From: Bacillota bacterium
GTDB taxonomy: Bacteria; Bacillota; UBA5301
Assembly: GCA_017656135.1 (NCBI GenBank)
Contig: JACDOJ010000007.1
Span: 975 to 64,974, forward strand
DNA length: 64,000 nucleotides
Direction of reading: 5' to 3'
Shown: in pieces, positions 9,899 to 21,527 of the stretch
Layout of the letters: every line of letters starts with the position of its first letter
Numbering within the stretch: position 1 is the stretch's first letter
Program-made: the position numbers and the translations under genes
The notes under the pieces: generated by a model
The model's input: the letters and a program-made list of their open reading frames with translations, nothing else
What the model was told of the DNA's origin: nothing
Databases searched by the model: none

Positions 9899-11935
9899 AT
9901 GTCCTGTCACAACAGCGGACCTGCTCAGAGAAAACACCGACACAGACATCGCCACGGTCAGCACGAGCCGGTTGCTCAAGCCAGAGGTGGCCACAGACAG
10001 TTGGTTCTAGTGGGTAACCCCAATGTTGGCAAGTCGGTGATTTTTAATGCTTTAACCGGTGCTTATGTCACCGTCTCCAATTACCCTGGAACCACCGTCG
10101 AGGTCTCCCACGGCCACCTGAACTTGGACGGTATGGTCTTCGACGTCGTTGATACCCCTGGAATGTACAGCCTCATCCCCATCACCGAGGAAGAACGGGT
10201 CACCCGGTCCCTGCTTTTAGAGAGCAGGCCTGATGTGGTACTGCATGTGGTTGATGCCAAAAACCTGGACCGGATGCTTCCTTTGACCATCCAGCTCATA
10301 GAGGCGGGCCTCCCGCTGATTCTGGTAGTCAACATGCTGGATGAAGCTGAAGGTATGGGTTTAGAGCTGGACCTGGTCAAACTGGAAGAAAAACTAGGTA
10401 TCCCGGTAGTAGGGACCATTTCCACCCAGAATCAGGGTATAGCCGAGTTAAAGGAAACCATCAAGAATTACCGCCCGCAAAATCCCATGCTTTTAGCTGA
10501 CTACACTTATTACGATAGACAGATTCAAACTGCCGTATCCGATATTAAAAGTCTGTTGACCAAGAAGTACACCGTCAGCAAAGAGACTATTGCCCTCCTT
10601 CTTTTGGCGGAGGACGAGGAAATCACGGAAAAAATCGCCCAATCTGAGCCGTACTTCGCAGATATCGCAGAAATCGTAGCTAAGTGTAGGGAAAACTACG
10701 GACAGCCCCTGAACTTCATACTGACCATGCAACGGCAGGCCGCAGTCAACCGGCAGCTGGAGGGGGTAGTAACCGAAAGGATAGGCGAACACCGGCACTG
10801 GCTGGATTGGCTCAATCTGGCCACCATAAACCCGTGGACAGGCATCCCTCTCCTGCTATTGGTAATATACTTCGGACTCTACAAGTTTGTCGGCGTCTTC
10901 GGTGCCGGTACACTGGTTGATTTTATCGAAGTCTCCGTTTTTGAAAACTTCATCAACCCCTGGGTCAACAACGTGGTGGAGGCCATCATCCCCTGGCCGG
11001 TGCTGCAGGATCTCTTCGCCCACGAGTACGGCATTATCACCCTGGGAGTACGCTATGCTATAGCCATTGTTCTACCAATTGTAGGCACTTTCTTCCTGGC
11101 CTTCTCCATTATTGAAGACTCCGGTTATCTGCCCCGGATAGCCCTTCTTATGGACAGGGTTTTCAAAAAAATTGGGCTCAACGGGCGGGCAGTAATCCCC
11201 ATGACTTTGGGTTTTGGCTGCGGCACCATGGCCACTATGGTTACCAGAACCCTGGAGACCAAACGGGAACGGCTTTTGGCCACTATCCTGCTGGCCCTGG
11301 CCATTCCCTGCTCCGCTCAGCTGGGAGTTATCCTGGCTCTGCTCTCCGGTTCACCTATGGCCCTGGCCGTCTGGGCACTGGTAGTGGCAGGTGTTCTCCT
11401 GCTCGTTGGGTACCTCGCCTCCAAGGTGCTCCCTGGAGAACAGGTCGGTTTCAGCCTGGAGGTCCCACCGCTGCGCCTGCCCAAGCTCAGCAACGTCTTA
11501 ACTAAGACCTACACCCGGATACAGTGGTACTTTCTGGAGGTACTGCCTCTGTTCATCGTAGCCAGTGTCATCATCTGGATTGCCAAATTAACAAACCTAT
11601 TTGATCTGATAATCCAGGCTATAACTCCAATGGTCAATGCCTTGGGGCTACCAAACGAAGCCGCTTTTGCCTTCCTCTTCGGATTTTTCCGGAGGGATTA
11701 CGGGGCTGCTGGACTCTATGACCTCCAGCAATCTGGAGCCCTTACCGGCAACCAGCTCTTGGTGGCCGCAGTAACTCTGACTCTCTTTGTTCCCTGTATT
11801 GCCCAGTTCGCCATGATGTGGAAGGAGCGGGGCTGGAAAACAGCGTTGGCAATTGCCGGGTTCATCATCCCCTTTGCTTTCGGCGTAGGATTCGTGCTTA
11901 ACACTATCTTGAACGCATTAGGAGTGGTAATGTAA
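9899..11935 (+). CDS. feoB: Ferrous iron transporter FeoB with His-rich N-terminal extension
   Basis: G-domain GNPNVGKS and DTPG motifs plus polytopic membrane domain. GGAGG RBS before the ATG at 9899. N-terminus is HRHRHRHGQH. Confidence 0.85.
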   Translation: MSCHNSGPAQRKHRHRHRHGQHEPVAQARGGHRQLVLVGNPNVGKSVIFNALTGAYVTVSNYPGTTVEVSHGHLNLDGMVFDVVDTPGMYSLIPITEEERVTRSLLLESRPDVVLHVVDAKNLDRMLPLTIQLIEAGLPLILVVNMLDEAEGMGLELDLVKLEEKLGIPVVGTISTQNQGIAELKETIKNYRPQNPMLLADYTYYDRQIQTAVSDIKSLLTKKYTVSKETIALLLLAEDEEITEKIAQSEPYFADIAEIVAKCRENYGQPLNFILTMQRQAAVNRQLEGVVTERIGEHRHWLDWLNLATINPWTGIPLLLLVIYFGLYKFVGVFGAGTLVDFIEVSVFENFINPWVNNVVEAIIPWPVLQDLFAHEYGIITLGVRYAIAIVLPIVGTFFLAFSIIEDSGYLPRIALLMDRVFKKIGLNGRAVIPMTLGFGCGTMATMVTRTLETKRERLLATILLALAIPCSAQLGVILALLSGSPMALAVWALVVAGVLLLVGYLASKVLPGEQVGFSLEVPPLRLPKLSNVLTKTYTRIQWYFLEVLPLFIVASVIIWIAKLTNLFDLIIQAITPMVNALGLPNEAAFAFLFGFFRRDYGAAGLYDLQQSGALTGNQLLVAAVTLTLFVPCIAQFAMMWKERGWKTALAIAGFIIPFAFGVGFVLNTILNALGVVM

Positions 11936-12120
11936 TGAAGTGTGGTTTCTGCGGCCGTGAGTTCCCTGAGGAGGCTGGATATCAGTCCTGCGGAACCTGT
12001 CCCCTGGCCAAACTAAAGGGCAATAGCTGCGGCATGGTTAAGTGCCCCTACTGTGGCTATGAAAATCCCAAAGAAACCGGCCTAGTGAAGAAAATCCGCT
12101 CCTTAAGGAGGAAAGCATAA
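11935..12120 (+). CDS. Small Cys-rich zinc-ribbon protein (FeoB-associated)
   Basis: 61 aa with CxxC..CxxC..CxxC pairs. TAATG overlap with feoB and with feoA. Confidence 0.55.
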   Translation: MKCGFCGREFPEEAGYQSCGTCPLAKLKGNSCGMVKCPYCGYENPKETGLVKKIRSLRRKA

Positions 12121-12404
12121 TGGCAGTTAGAGCAGAAAAACTAGCAAAAGCGAACAATAACCGGCAGGCCAGTGTGCCCCAGGGTCATCTCAACCTGGCC
12201 CAACTGCCCAAAGGAAGGAAGGCCAGGGTCTGTTCCCTCTCTGAAACCGGCAAAGACCTGCAAAAACTGTTGATTTTTGGGATAACTCCCGGTCAGAGTG
12301 TACTGGTGATCCAGCAGTACCCAACCATTGTAGTGGAAGTCGGCCATACCGTGGTAGCTTTGGACCGGCAGGTCGCTTCCAAAGTACTGGTAAAACCGTT
12401 ATGA
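12120..12404 (+). CDS. feoA: FeoA-domain protein
   Basis: C-terminal SH3-like FeoA domain. Translationally coupled to the upstream gene. Confidence 0.75.
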   Translation: MAVRAEKLAKANNNRQASVPQGHLNLAQLPKGRKARVCSLSETGKDLQKLLIFGITPGQSVLVIQQYPTIVVEVGHTVVALDRQVASKVLVKPL

Positions 12405-12407
12405 TTA

Positions 12408-12436
12408 TTGACAAGCGCCAATGGTTATGGGATAAT
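12408..12436 (+). promoter_or_regulatory. sigma-A promoter for the pyr operon (TTGACA-17-GATAAT)
   Basis: TTGACA at 12408-12413 and GATAAT at 12431-12436. Confidence 0.5.
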
Positions 12437-12461
12437 GTAAAAAGCATTTGAGCCTTTAAGA

Positions 12462-12589
12462 CAGTCCGAGAGGCTGACAAGGCGGAAGCATTCACGACTC
12501 TAACCAGCTGTAGGCTACTCCTTGTCTCCCTCTGGGACAAGGAGTTTTCTCTTTTAACCAATCCTTTAAGGGCAGTCCAGTGAGGCTGC
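12462..12589 (+). promoter_or_regulatory. PyrR-dependent attenuator: two PyrR binding loops flanking an intrinsic terminator
   Basis: CAGTCCGAGAGGCTG (12462-12476) and CAGTCCAGTGAGGCTG (12574-12589) match the PyrR binding-loop consensus ARUCCNGNGAGGYU. Terminator CTCCTTGTC..GACAAGGAG plus TTTTCTCTTTT at 12519-12554. The second site abuts the RBS. Confidence 0.75.
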
Positions 12590-12604
12590 AAAGGAGGTAT
12601 ACAG

Positions 12605-13501
12605 ATGGCAAATTCCCTTTTAGGTATGGCTGAGCTCACCCGACCGGAGATCATTCACCTCTTAGAGCGCACTGACTACTGGGCAGAACACTGGCCCAGC
12701 CCACCCCAGGTCCTAGCCCATCGAACAGTGGCCAATCTCTTCTTCGAACCCAGCACCCGAACCCGGTTCTCTTTTGAAATGGCCGCCAAACGCATGGGCG
12801 CTCATGTCTTGAACTTCAGCGTATCCTCTTCCAGCACCACAAAAGGCGAATCCCTTTACGACACTGTGAAGACCTTGGAGTCCATGGGCTTTGATGCCGT
12901 GGTCATCAGGCACAAGGAGAACAACATCGTCCACGATCTGGCCTCTCTGGTAGATGTCCCTTTGATCAACGCTGGGACCGGCACCAGTGAGCACCCCACC
13001 CAGTGTCTTTTGGATCTGTACACAATGAAACAACACTTCGGCGAGGTCAAGGGGTTGACCGTAGCCATCATTGGCGATATCACCCACTCCAGAGTCGCCA
13101 ACTCCCACCTAATAGCCTTACCGAAACTGGGAGCCAGGGTCATTGTCAGCGGCCCGCGCCACCTACTGCCGGCAGAATACCGGGGTCCGGTAGAGTTCAT
13201 GCCGGTGGATGAGGCCGTCAGTGAGGCAGATGTGGTCATGCTCCTCAGGTTACAGTTAGAGCGCTACTCTGACCTGGCCCTGAGCATTGACGCCTACCAC
13301 CGGGACTATGGGCTCAGTGAAGAACGGTTCAAGCTGCTGAAACCATCAGCCGTGATTATGCACCCCGGCCCGGTTAACCGGGGAGTGGAAATCGCCGGCT
13401 CCCTAGTGGAGTGCGAACGCTCCTTGATCAACACCCAGGTTCAAAACGGAGTCCTCACCCGCATGGCGATTTTAGAATGGGTTATCCTAGGAGGGCGATA
13501 A
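12605..13501 (+). CDS. pyrB: Aspartate carbamoyltransferase catalytic subunit
   Basis: STRTR, HPTQ and HPGP motifs; 298 aa. Confidence 0.9.
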   Translation: MANSLLGMAELTRPEIIHLLERTDYWAEHWPSPPQVLAHRTVANLFFEPSTRTRFSFEMAAKRMGAHVLNFSVSSSSTTKGESLYDTVKTLESMGFDAVVIRHKENNIVHDLASLVDVPLINAGTGTSEHPTQCLLDLYTMKQHFGEVKGLTVAIIGDITHSRVANSHLIALPKLGARVIVSGPRHLLPAEYRGPVEFMPVDEAVSEADVVMLLRLQLERYSDLALSIDAYHRDYGLSEERFKLLKPSAVIMHPGPVNRGVEIAGSLVECERSLINTQVQNGVLTRMAILEWVILGGR

Positions 13502-13503
13502 CC

Positions 13504-14753
13504 ATGGGGATTATTCTGCAAAACGTCTCCCTCCTACGGACTGATCCCTACCCGTGGAATGTGCTGATTGAAAAGGGAGTTATTAGAGCTGTTTCTCAAG
13601 AACCGTTGGCCGGCGGCGAAGCAGTTGTTGACGGGGCCGGCCGGCTCCTGGTTCCGGGCTTTGTGGACCTGCACACCCACCTTCGGGAGCCAGGTTTTGA
13701 GGATAAAGAAACCATCGCTTCCGGGACCCTGGCCGCGGCCAAGGGCGGCTATATCAAGATCTGTGCCATGCCCAACACCGACCCCGTCCCGGACAGCCCA
13801 AAGCGGGTAAAAGAAATACTGAAACTGCTGCAGGACAGAGCGTCTATACCAGTGGAGGTGGTAGCTGCCGCAACGGTCAGTCGGGCCGGACGGGTAGCAA
13901 GTCCAGCTGGTGCCCTGAGGGCAGCCGGGGCCATTGCCCTCTCTGATGATGGATCCGGCATTCAGGACCTAACGGTTTTGACTGAGGTCCTCAAACAGTG
14001 CAAAGGCGCCTCCCTCCCCTACTTTTCTCACTGCGAAGACAGAGAGCTTGCTGCCGGCGGCATCTTTCAGGACACCTTCCCAGGGGAAGCTGAAGTGAAG
14101 GCTTTAAAGAGGGAACTGGAAGCGGTACGAAAGACCGGGGCCAGGTATCACCTTTGCCACATCAGCACGGCGGAGTCGGTGGAGTTGGTCGCAGCAGCAA
14201 AGGCAGAGGGGCTAAAGGTCACCGCAGAAGTCACCCCCCATCACCTTCTTCTCTCCACTGAGATGGTGTCAGAATGGGGACCACTGTATAAAGTGAACCC
14301 GCCGCTGCGCCCGGAGGCAGACCGCATTGCCCTAATCCAGGGCCTCAAAGAGGGAATCATCGACTGCATCGCCACTGACCATGCTCCCCATACTGCAGCG
14401 GAGAAAGCCCTGCCGATAGAGGAGGCGCCCTTTGGCATCAGCGGCATCGAACTCAGCTTTCCCATGCTCTACTCAGGGCTGGTCCTGACCGGAGAGATCT
14501 CCCTGAGAAGGGTCTTGGATGCTTTAATTACCAAACCCCGAAAAATCCTCGGAAACCCCCAGCCTCGCCTGGAGCTTGCCGAGGGCGACCCTGCCGACCT
14601 GACCTTATTGGACTTAGCGTTGATCCAAGAAGTCAGAGCGGAAACTATGGTCTCCAGAGGCAAAAACACTCCTTTCCTCGGTCAAAAACTCCAGGGGTGG
14701 CCGGTCTTAACGCTGGTTTCCGGCCGCATTGTCTGGCAAGCGGAGGTGCTTTC

Positions 14754-14757
<4 letters not shown>
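13504..14757 (+). CDS. pyrC: Dihydroorotase
   Basis: DLHTHLREPG metal-binding motif. ATG at 13504 immediately after the pyrB stop. The longer six-frame ORF start lies inside pyrB. Confidence 0.85.
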
Positions 14758-16470
<1,713 letters not shown>

Positions 16471-16486
16471 TACGGAGGCGAACAAG

Positions 16487-17203
16487 TTGAAACCGACAGA
16501 GTGCATCATCTTGGCCCTGGATTTCCCAGGCAAGAAAGAGGCTTTTGACTTCCTGCCCCACCTACCGGAGCTCTCCTGGGTCAAAGTGGGGATGGAGCTT
16601 TTTTACCGGGAGGGGCCCGGCATCGTCTACGATCTAAAAAACGCAGGTTACAAGGTCTTTTTGGATCTCAAGCTCCACGATATTCCCAACACCGTCGGCC
16701 GGGCCACTCGGGTCCTCGCCGGGTTAGGAGCTGACATGCTGAACTACCACGCCGCCGGCGGCAGCGCCATGCTGGCTGCGGCAGCCGAAGCCGCTTTGAG
16801 AAGCCCCCGGCCTCCCCTGCTTATCGGGGTGACCCAATTGACCAGCACCACCCAAAAGGTGCTGGAAGAAGAAATAGGAGTATACCAACCCTTGGAGCAG
16901 GTGGTCTTGCACTACGCTCGCCTGGTCAAAGCTGCCGGTTTCCAGGGTGTTGTCTGTTCAGCTCAGGAAACCCCTCTGCTCAAGAGGGAGCTGGGCAGAG
17001 ACTTTTTGACCGTTACCCCCGGCATCCGTCTGGCCGGAGAGGAAACCCAAGACCAGCGGAGAGTAACCACCCCTGCTGAAGCTCTTGCTTTCGGCAGCGA
17101 TTACCTGGTCATCGGCCGAACTCTGACCAGAGCTAAAGATCCCGCCCAAGTTTGGGAGTCCATCAAATCAGAACTGAACAAAACGGGAGGAAACCAGCCA
17201 TGA
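16487..17203 (+). CDS. pyrF: Orotidine-5'-phosphate decarboxylase
   Basis: ALD and [10 protein letters not shown] motifs; TTG start. Confidence 0.85.
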   Translation: MKPTECIILALDFPGKKEAFDFLPHLPELSWVKVGMELFYREGPGIVYDLKNAGYKVFLDLKLHDIPNTVGRATRVLAGLGADMLNYHAAGGSAMLAAAAEAALRSPRPPLLIGVTQLTSTTQKVLEEEIGVYQPLEQVVLHYARLVKAAGFQGVVCSAQETPLLKRELGRDFLTVTPGIRLAGEETQDQRRVTTPAEALAFGSDYLVIGRTLTRAKDPAQVWESIKSELNKTGGNQP

Positions 17204-17784
17204 CAAAGGAAGAAATTCTAGGTCTGCTCAAAGAAACAGGAGTACACCAGAAAGGACACTTTCTGCTCTCTTCCGGACGCCACTCCGATACCTACCTACA
17301 GTGCGCGAAGCTGCTCCAGTATCCCGAAAAGGCCGCGCTCATCGCCGAGGTACTAAAGGCCAAGCTGACCGGTTTGGAAGTGGATACAGTCATCGGACCG
17401 GCCTTAGGCGGTGTGATCATCGCTTATGAGGTGGCCAGGGCATTGGGAGTGAGGGCGCTCTTTGCCGAACGGGGCAGTGAAAATGTGATGAGTCTACGTC
17501 GGGGCTTTCAGCTTCACCCTGGCGAGAAGGTGCTCATTGTGGAAGATGTGGTCACCACCGGGGGCTCGGTGCAGGAAGTGATAGACTTGATCAGGTCATA
17601 CCAAATCGAGGTTGTAGGGGTCGCCTCCATAATCGACCGCAGCAACGGGAAAGCCGACTTTGGCGTGCCGTTCTATCCCCTCTTGACTCTTCCCGTGGTT
17701 TCTTATACAAAAGAGGACTGCCCACTCTGCCAGGAGGGAATCCCTCTGACAAAGCCGGGCAGCCGCAAACAAGTCAGTCAGTAA
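17200..17784 (+). CDS. pyrE: Orotate phosphoribosyltransferase
   Basis: PRPP-binding motif [16 protein letters not shown] at 17200 with GGGAGG RBS. ATGA overlap with pyrF. Confidence 0.85.
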   Translation: MTKEEILGLLKETGVHQKGHFLLSSGRHSDTYLQCAKLLQYPEKAALIAEVLKAKLTGLEVDTVIGPALGGVIIAYEVARALGVRALFAERGSENVMSLRRGFQLHPGEKVLIVEDVVTTGGSVQEVIDLIRSYQIEVVGVASIIDRSNGKADFGVPFYPLLTLPVVSYTKEDCPLCQEGIPLTKPGSRKQVSQ

Positions 17785-18016
17785 GAGTCTTTTTCATCTC
17801 TTCATATTCAGCCTTGGAGATCTCTCCCCGGGCGTAACGCTCTTTTAGAATCTCCAGGGCGCTGTCACTTCTCCTGGAGTGGGGTGGGCTCCAGGCAGGT
17901 GGGTAGTGACAACCGCCGCGAAAACCTCTGAAAAGGAGCCAAACCACGATAAGCAGAAGTATCCAGCCCCATCCCATGCCGAAGAAGGGGAACATTCCGA
18001 AGCCATATCCGTGCCA
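17774..18016 (-). CDS. SHOCT-domain small membrane protein
   Basis: C-terminal [27 protein letters not shown] motif after a Trp/Gly-rich TM segment. Confidence 0.6.
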   Translation of the reverse strand, partial: WHGYGFGMFPFFGMGWGWILLLIVVWLLFRGFRGGCHYPPAWSPPHSRRSDSALEILKERYARGEISKAEYEEMKKTLTD

Positions 18017-18089
18017 CATATTTCTTAACCTCCGAGTATACTCTAACATAAAAATCTTAAGATATGGTGAATACCCAAATATTAAAGAG

Positions 18090-18119
18090 TTGACAATAAG
18101 TGACAGCAGATTATATAAT
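18090..18119 (+). promoter_or_regulatory. sigma-A promoter for hsp20 (TTGACA-18-TATAAT)
   Basis: TTGACA at 18090-18095 and TATAAT at 18114-18119. Confidence 0.55.
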
Positions 18120-18162
18120 ATAGTCAGAAAGTCAAACTTTAGTCAAAAAGGAGGGGTTACGA

Positions 18163-18587
18163 TGTATCATCTGATGAGAAGACCTCATCACCACGGACCA
18201 TTCAGGGAGTTTCGCAGACTGCTGGAGTCACCTTTTTTCTCTGACTTTGTCGACTTTTTTGAACGGCCTTTCCCCGCCACCGACGTCAAGGATTTGGGGG
18301 AGAGCATTGAGGTCACCATGGACCTTCCGGGGGTGAACAAAGAGGACATCTCCATCGAGTACAACAATAATGTTCTCACTATCTCCGGCAGGTCTTCAGT
18401 GGAGAACAAGTACGAACAGGACAACTTCTTCAGACAGGAAAGGTACTACGGCTCTTTCAACCGGCAAATCGCTTTGCCCGCCGCCGTAGATTACACCCAG
18501 GCCAAAGCCAGCTTCCAAAACGGGGTGCTGAAGATCACATTGCCCAAAACCAACGCAGGCGGGTCCAATCGGATTCCGATTGAGTAG
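18163..18587 (+). CDS. Hsp20/alpha-crystallin family small heat shock protein
   Basis: Alpha-crystallin domain; C-terminal I-x-I motif (IPIE). Confidence 0.85.
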
Positions 18588-18612
18588 TACCCGTACCTAC
18601 CAACTCTTCTAG

Positions 18613-18637
18613 AAAAGGCCCGCTAAGGGCCTTTTTT
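18613..18637. terminator. Bidirectional rho-independent terminator
   Basis: AAAAGGCCCGCTAAGGGCCTTTTTT: hairpin flanked by A-run and T-run. Confidence 0.75.
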
Positions 18638-18674
18638 GTATTGTCAGTGGTCGACGGATACACTGGCATTTGGA

Positions 18675-20138
18675 TTAGGCCAAGAGCTTTTTAACGTATT
18701 TCTCTACCACCGCCGGCATCTGACCAAGCCCTTTCATGTGAGTCTTTAAGAAAGAATTGGTCAGCATCTCCTTCATCGAGTTGAGGAGGTATTTTTTGTT
18801 GAAATCATCCTCCATTTTATCCCACTTGGGGAGTTTCTGCAGATAAAACTTGCGGTAGCAGGCCAGCATCTCTTTGTGCAGTTCCTGGATGCTGAGGTTT
18901 TTGGGCTCAATCACCGGTTCTATCAGGTTGTACTTGGAGTAATCTTTGGTAACAATATGAGGCTCCAGCTCCTGGTACATGTCGGCATAGGGCCAAGGTG
19001 AGAGCATCAAGAAGTGGGCAAAATCCGGGTCATATTCTATAGCCTGCTGTAAGGTTTTGCTGATGGAGCCCTTGGTCTCATCCGGGGTTCCTAAAATGAA
19101 TGAGGTTTCTGAAATGATTTTGGCCTCTTTGAGTAGCCGGAGGGCTTCCCTGCTCTCTTCAACTTTGATGTTCTTGTTGAACTTATCCAGGCCCTCCTGG
19201 TCGGCGGCCTCCACTCCGACGTAAACATGGATGACCTTGGCCTTTTTGTACTTCCAAAGGATGTCGGCATCCCGAACGATGTCCTCCACACGGGTCTCCA
19301 TGAGAAAATATATCTCACGGTCTAAGGCAATAATCCCGTCTAAGATGGCCTCCCAACGCTTTCGGTCTTTAGTCGGGTACTCATCGGCAAACATGAAGAC
19401 ATTGACGCCGTACTCATCATTGAGGTGGACGATCTCAGAGATGACGCTCTCCGGAGTCCGCCCTCGCCAGGACTGTTCCCAGAACTTCTGTTGGGAACAA
19501 AAGCTGCAGTTCTCCTCACACCCCCGGGAACTGCTGATAACCGCTAAGGTGGAGCCGGGCACCATGAAATATCGGTAATCATCCCAGTTCAGTAGGTCCC
19601 AGGCCGGCTTTAATGAATCCAGCTCAGCCTCAGAAAGTCGCCTTCGTTTAGGCGTCACCACTAAGCCGTCACCGGAGGGATAAGCAAGGCCGGCTATTTC
19701 AGCCAGCGGTTTACCGGTGCCAGATAAGGCCTCGGCAAGCTCAACAATGGTCCTCTCGCCCTCGCCCCTGATTACAAAATCCACCAGCTCAGGGTATTGA
19801 GAGAAAATCTCTTCATACATAAAGGTAGCATGAACGCCCCCTAAGACGGTGGTAATTTCCGGGTTAACTTGTTTGACGGCCATTAACACATCCATCGTAG
19901 CCGGAAAAGAGGCAGTAAAAGCGGTGAGTGCCACAACATCCGGCTGCTCAGCTATGATCCGTTCCACAATCTGATTCAAGTCGTGGTTTAAAGTCATGGC
20001 ATCGTAAATCACCGGATTGTGTCCGGCAGCCCGCAGTTCGCCGGCAAGATAGACGAAACCCAAAGGGGTCCACGTGCCGGCAACCTCCAGAATCCCGCAG
20101 TGATATGGAGGTGTGATTAAGAAAATTTTGAGGCTCAT
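18675..20138 (-). CDS. B12-binding-domain radical SAM protein (class B rSAM)
   Basis: N-terminal cobalamin-binding Rossmann domain. CEENCSFC (CxxxCxxC) radical SAM motif. AAGGAG RBS. 6-nt gap to the upstream gene. Confidence 0.8.
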   Translation of the reverse strand: MSLKIFLITPPYHCGILEVAGTWTPLGFVYLAGELRAAGHNPVIYDAMTLNHDLNQIVERIIAEQPDVVALTAFTASFPATMDVLMAVKQVNPEITTVLGGVHATFMYEEIFSQYPELVDFVIRGEGERTIVELAEALSGTGKPLAEIAGLAYPSGDGLVVTPKRRRLSEAELDSLKPAWDLLNWDDYRYFMVPGSTLAVISSSRGCEENCSFCSQQKFWEQSWRGRTPESVISEIVHLNDEYGVNVFMFADEYPTKDRKRWEAILDGIIALDREIYFLMETRVEDIVRDADILWKYKKAKVIHVYVGVEAADQEGLDKFNKNIKVEESREALRLLKEAKIISETSFILGTPDETKGSISKTLQQAIEYDPDFAHFLMLSPWPYADMYQELEPHIVTKDYSKYNLIEPVIEPKNLSIQELHKEMLACYRKFYLQKLPKWDKMEDDFNKKYLLNSMKEMLTNSFLKTHMKGLGQMPAVVEKYVKKLLA

Positions 20139-20144
20139 GAAGTA

Positions 20145-20510
20145 TCACTCCTTAAGATAGAGCCGGTACAGCCTATACTGGGTAACAGCACCGTAGATGG
20201 CCACTGCCGCCAGGACAATGTGTTTCAGAACCAGCGCCGTTACCTGCCCCCTACCGGCAGCAGGCAACCACTCGTACCGGCGATAGTTGATGGTGCGGAT
20301 GATTCCGCCGATGAGGATCCAGACCCAGGCTCCGAGGGCAGCGTAATGCATACGCTGAACCACTTTTTTCACTAGGGTATTCTGGCCAGGCGAGTACCCC
20401 ATCTCAAGGGCGGAGCGGTGCAGGTACCAAGTCAAAAGCATGGCGCTGAACAGAATCCCTACCGCCAAGTCGTGGAAGTAGTTGCTGAGCATGATCAAGA
20501 TTGCTTTCAT
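20145..20510 (-). CDS. Small integral membrane protein (4 predicted TM), unknown function
   Basis: Hydrophobic 121-aa ORF translationally coupled between the ResB-like gene and the rSAM gene. Confidence 0.5.
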   Translation of the reverse strand: MKAILIMLSNYFHDLAVGILFSAMLLTWYLHRSALEMGYSPGQNTLVKKVVQRMHYAALGAWVWILIGGIIRTINYRRYEWLPAAGRGQVTALVLKHIVLAAVAIYGAVTQYRLYRLYLKE

Positions 20511-21508
20511 TTCGGCACTTCCCTTGTGGACTTGCTGGCAGGCAGGATGGTAAACAAAATGCCTAAGATAATTATAGCTAAGCCTATCGAGAGTAGAGTG
20601 TTTCCGGCTCTGGACTGTACTTCAAATTCTACCCAGTAGCGAAAGACCGGTATTTCCACGCTGTAGCCACCCAAGTCTACAGGTCCTCCCCCTACCGGAA
20701 CCGGTTTGGAGACAGATCCATCTGGGCTGGTGAAGACGAAGACCGGATTTGTCGGAGTAAGGCTGGAATTCACGATCCTCCCCCGAACGTAACGAGCAGC
20801 CGGAGCGAAAGAGACGGTGTATTTGAGGTCTAAGTCAGCCGGTTGAAAGAGATCAGTCTTCTGGCCCTGTTTGTCAAGGACATCAAACTTAGGAGCGCCT
20901 CGCCAGATCAGGTTTCCCTCAGAATCCCGAAGATCCAGCCCCGGAGAGACTCCTAGCTTAGTCGGATGGATCTGCAGCTCACCCACTTCAAGGGGATGAC
21001 CGAAACCGGTGGTTCCGGCGAAGAGTTTATTTTCAGTCTGGTCATATAGGATCAGATCCGCCGCAGTCTCGAGGATATTGCCATCCCAGGAATACCGCAA
21101 GGAGACCTTCTCCAACTGGATGGCCCAGCGGTATTCGGGATTCGGCCTGATGAAACCCTTCCTCAAGCCCTGGTAGCTCTTATCCACATCTAAAATAGAT
21201 TCTCCCTCAGTTAACCGGAAGTGACCTTCAAAGTTATAGACATAGGAATAGGTCGCTCCAATAACCATAATCACTAAGCCAAGTAGGGTGAGTAAGTTAC
21301 CAATGCCGACTACGAGTTTGTCACGGAGAAAATTTTGGATAAGCCTAAACAGCTGGGAGAATAGGTCTAGCAAAAGAAGCACTCCAATTGCGCCAACTAT
21401 CCAGCCCAGCCAATACTTTCCATCTTCTCCCGGGGAGCAGTGCAGGAGAAAGAGATACCCCAGAAAGAACAAAACTATCAAAACAACAGTAGTTTTGCGA
21501 GCCGTCAT
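20507..21508 (-). CDS. ResB/CcsB-like cytochrome c biogenesis protein, half-size paralog 2
   Basis: N-terminal TM region, large extracytoplasmic domain, C-terminal TM after a YxxxxRYW-like segment. ATG at 21508 with GGAG RBS. The longer ORF-track start overlaps ccsA. Confidence 0.65.
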   Translation of the reverse strand: MTARKTTVVLIVLFFLGYLFLLHCSPGEDGKYWLGWIVGAIGVLLLLDLFSQLFRLIQNFLRDKLVVGIGNLLTLLGLVIMVIGATYSYVYNFEGHFRLTEGESILDVDKSYQGLRKGFIRPNPEYRWAIQLEKVSLRYSWDGNILETAADLILYDQTENKLFAGTTGFGHPLEVGELQIHPTKLGVSPGLDLRDSEGNLIWRGAPKFDVLDKQGQKTDLFQPADLDLKYTVSFAPAARYVRGRIVNSSLTPTNPVFVFTSPDGSVSKPVPVGGGPVDLGGYSVEIPVFRYWVEFEVQSRAGNTLLSIGLAIIILGILFTILPASKSTREVPK

Positions 21509-21527
21509 TGGTATCACTCCGGTTAAC

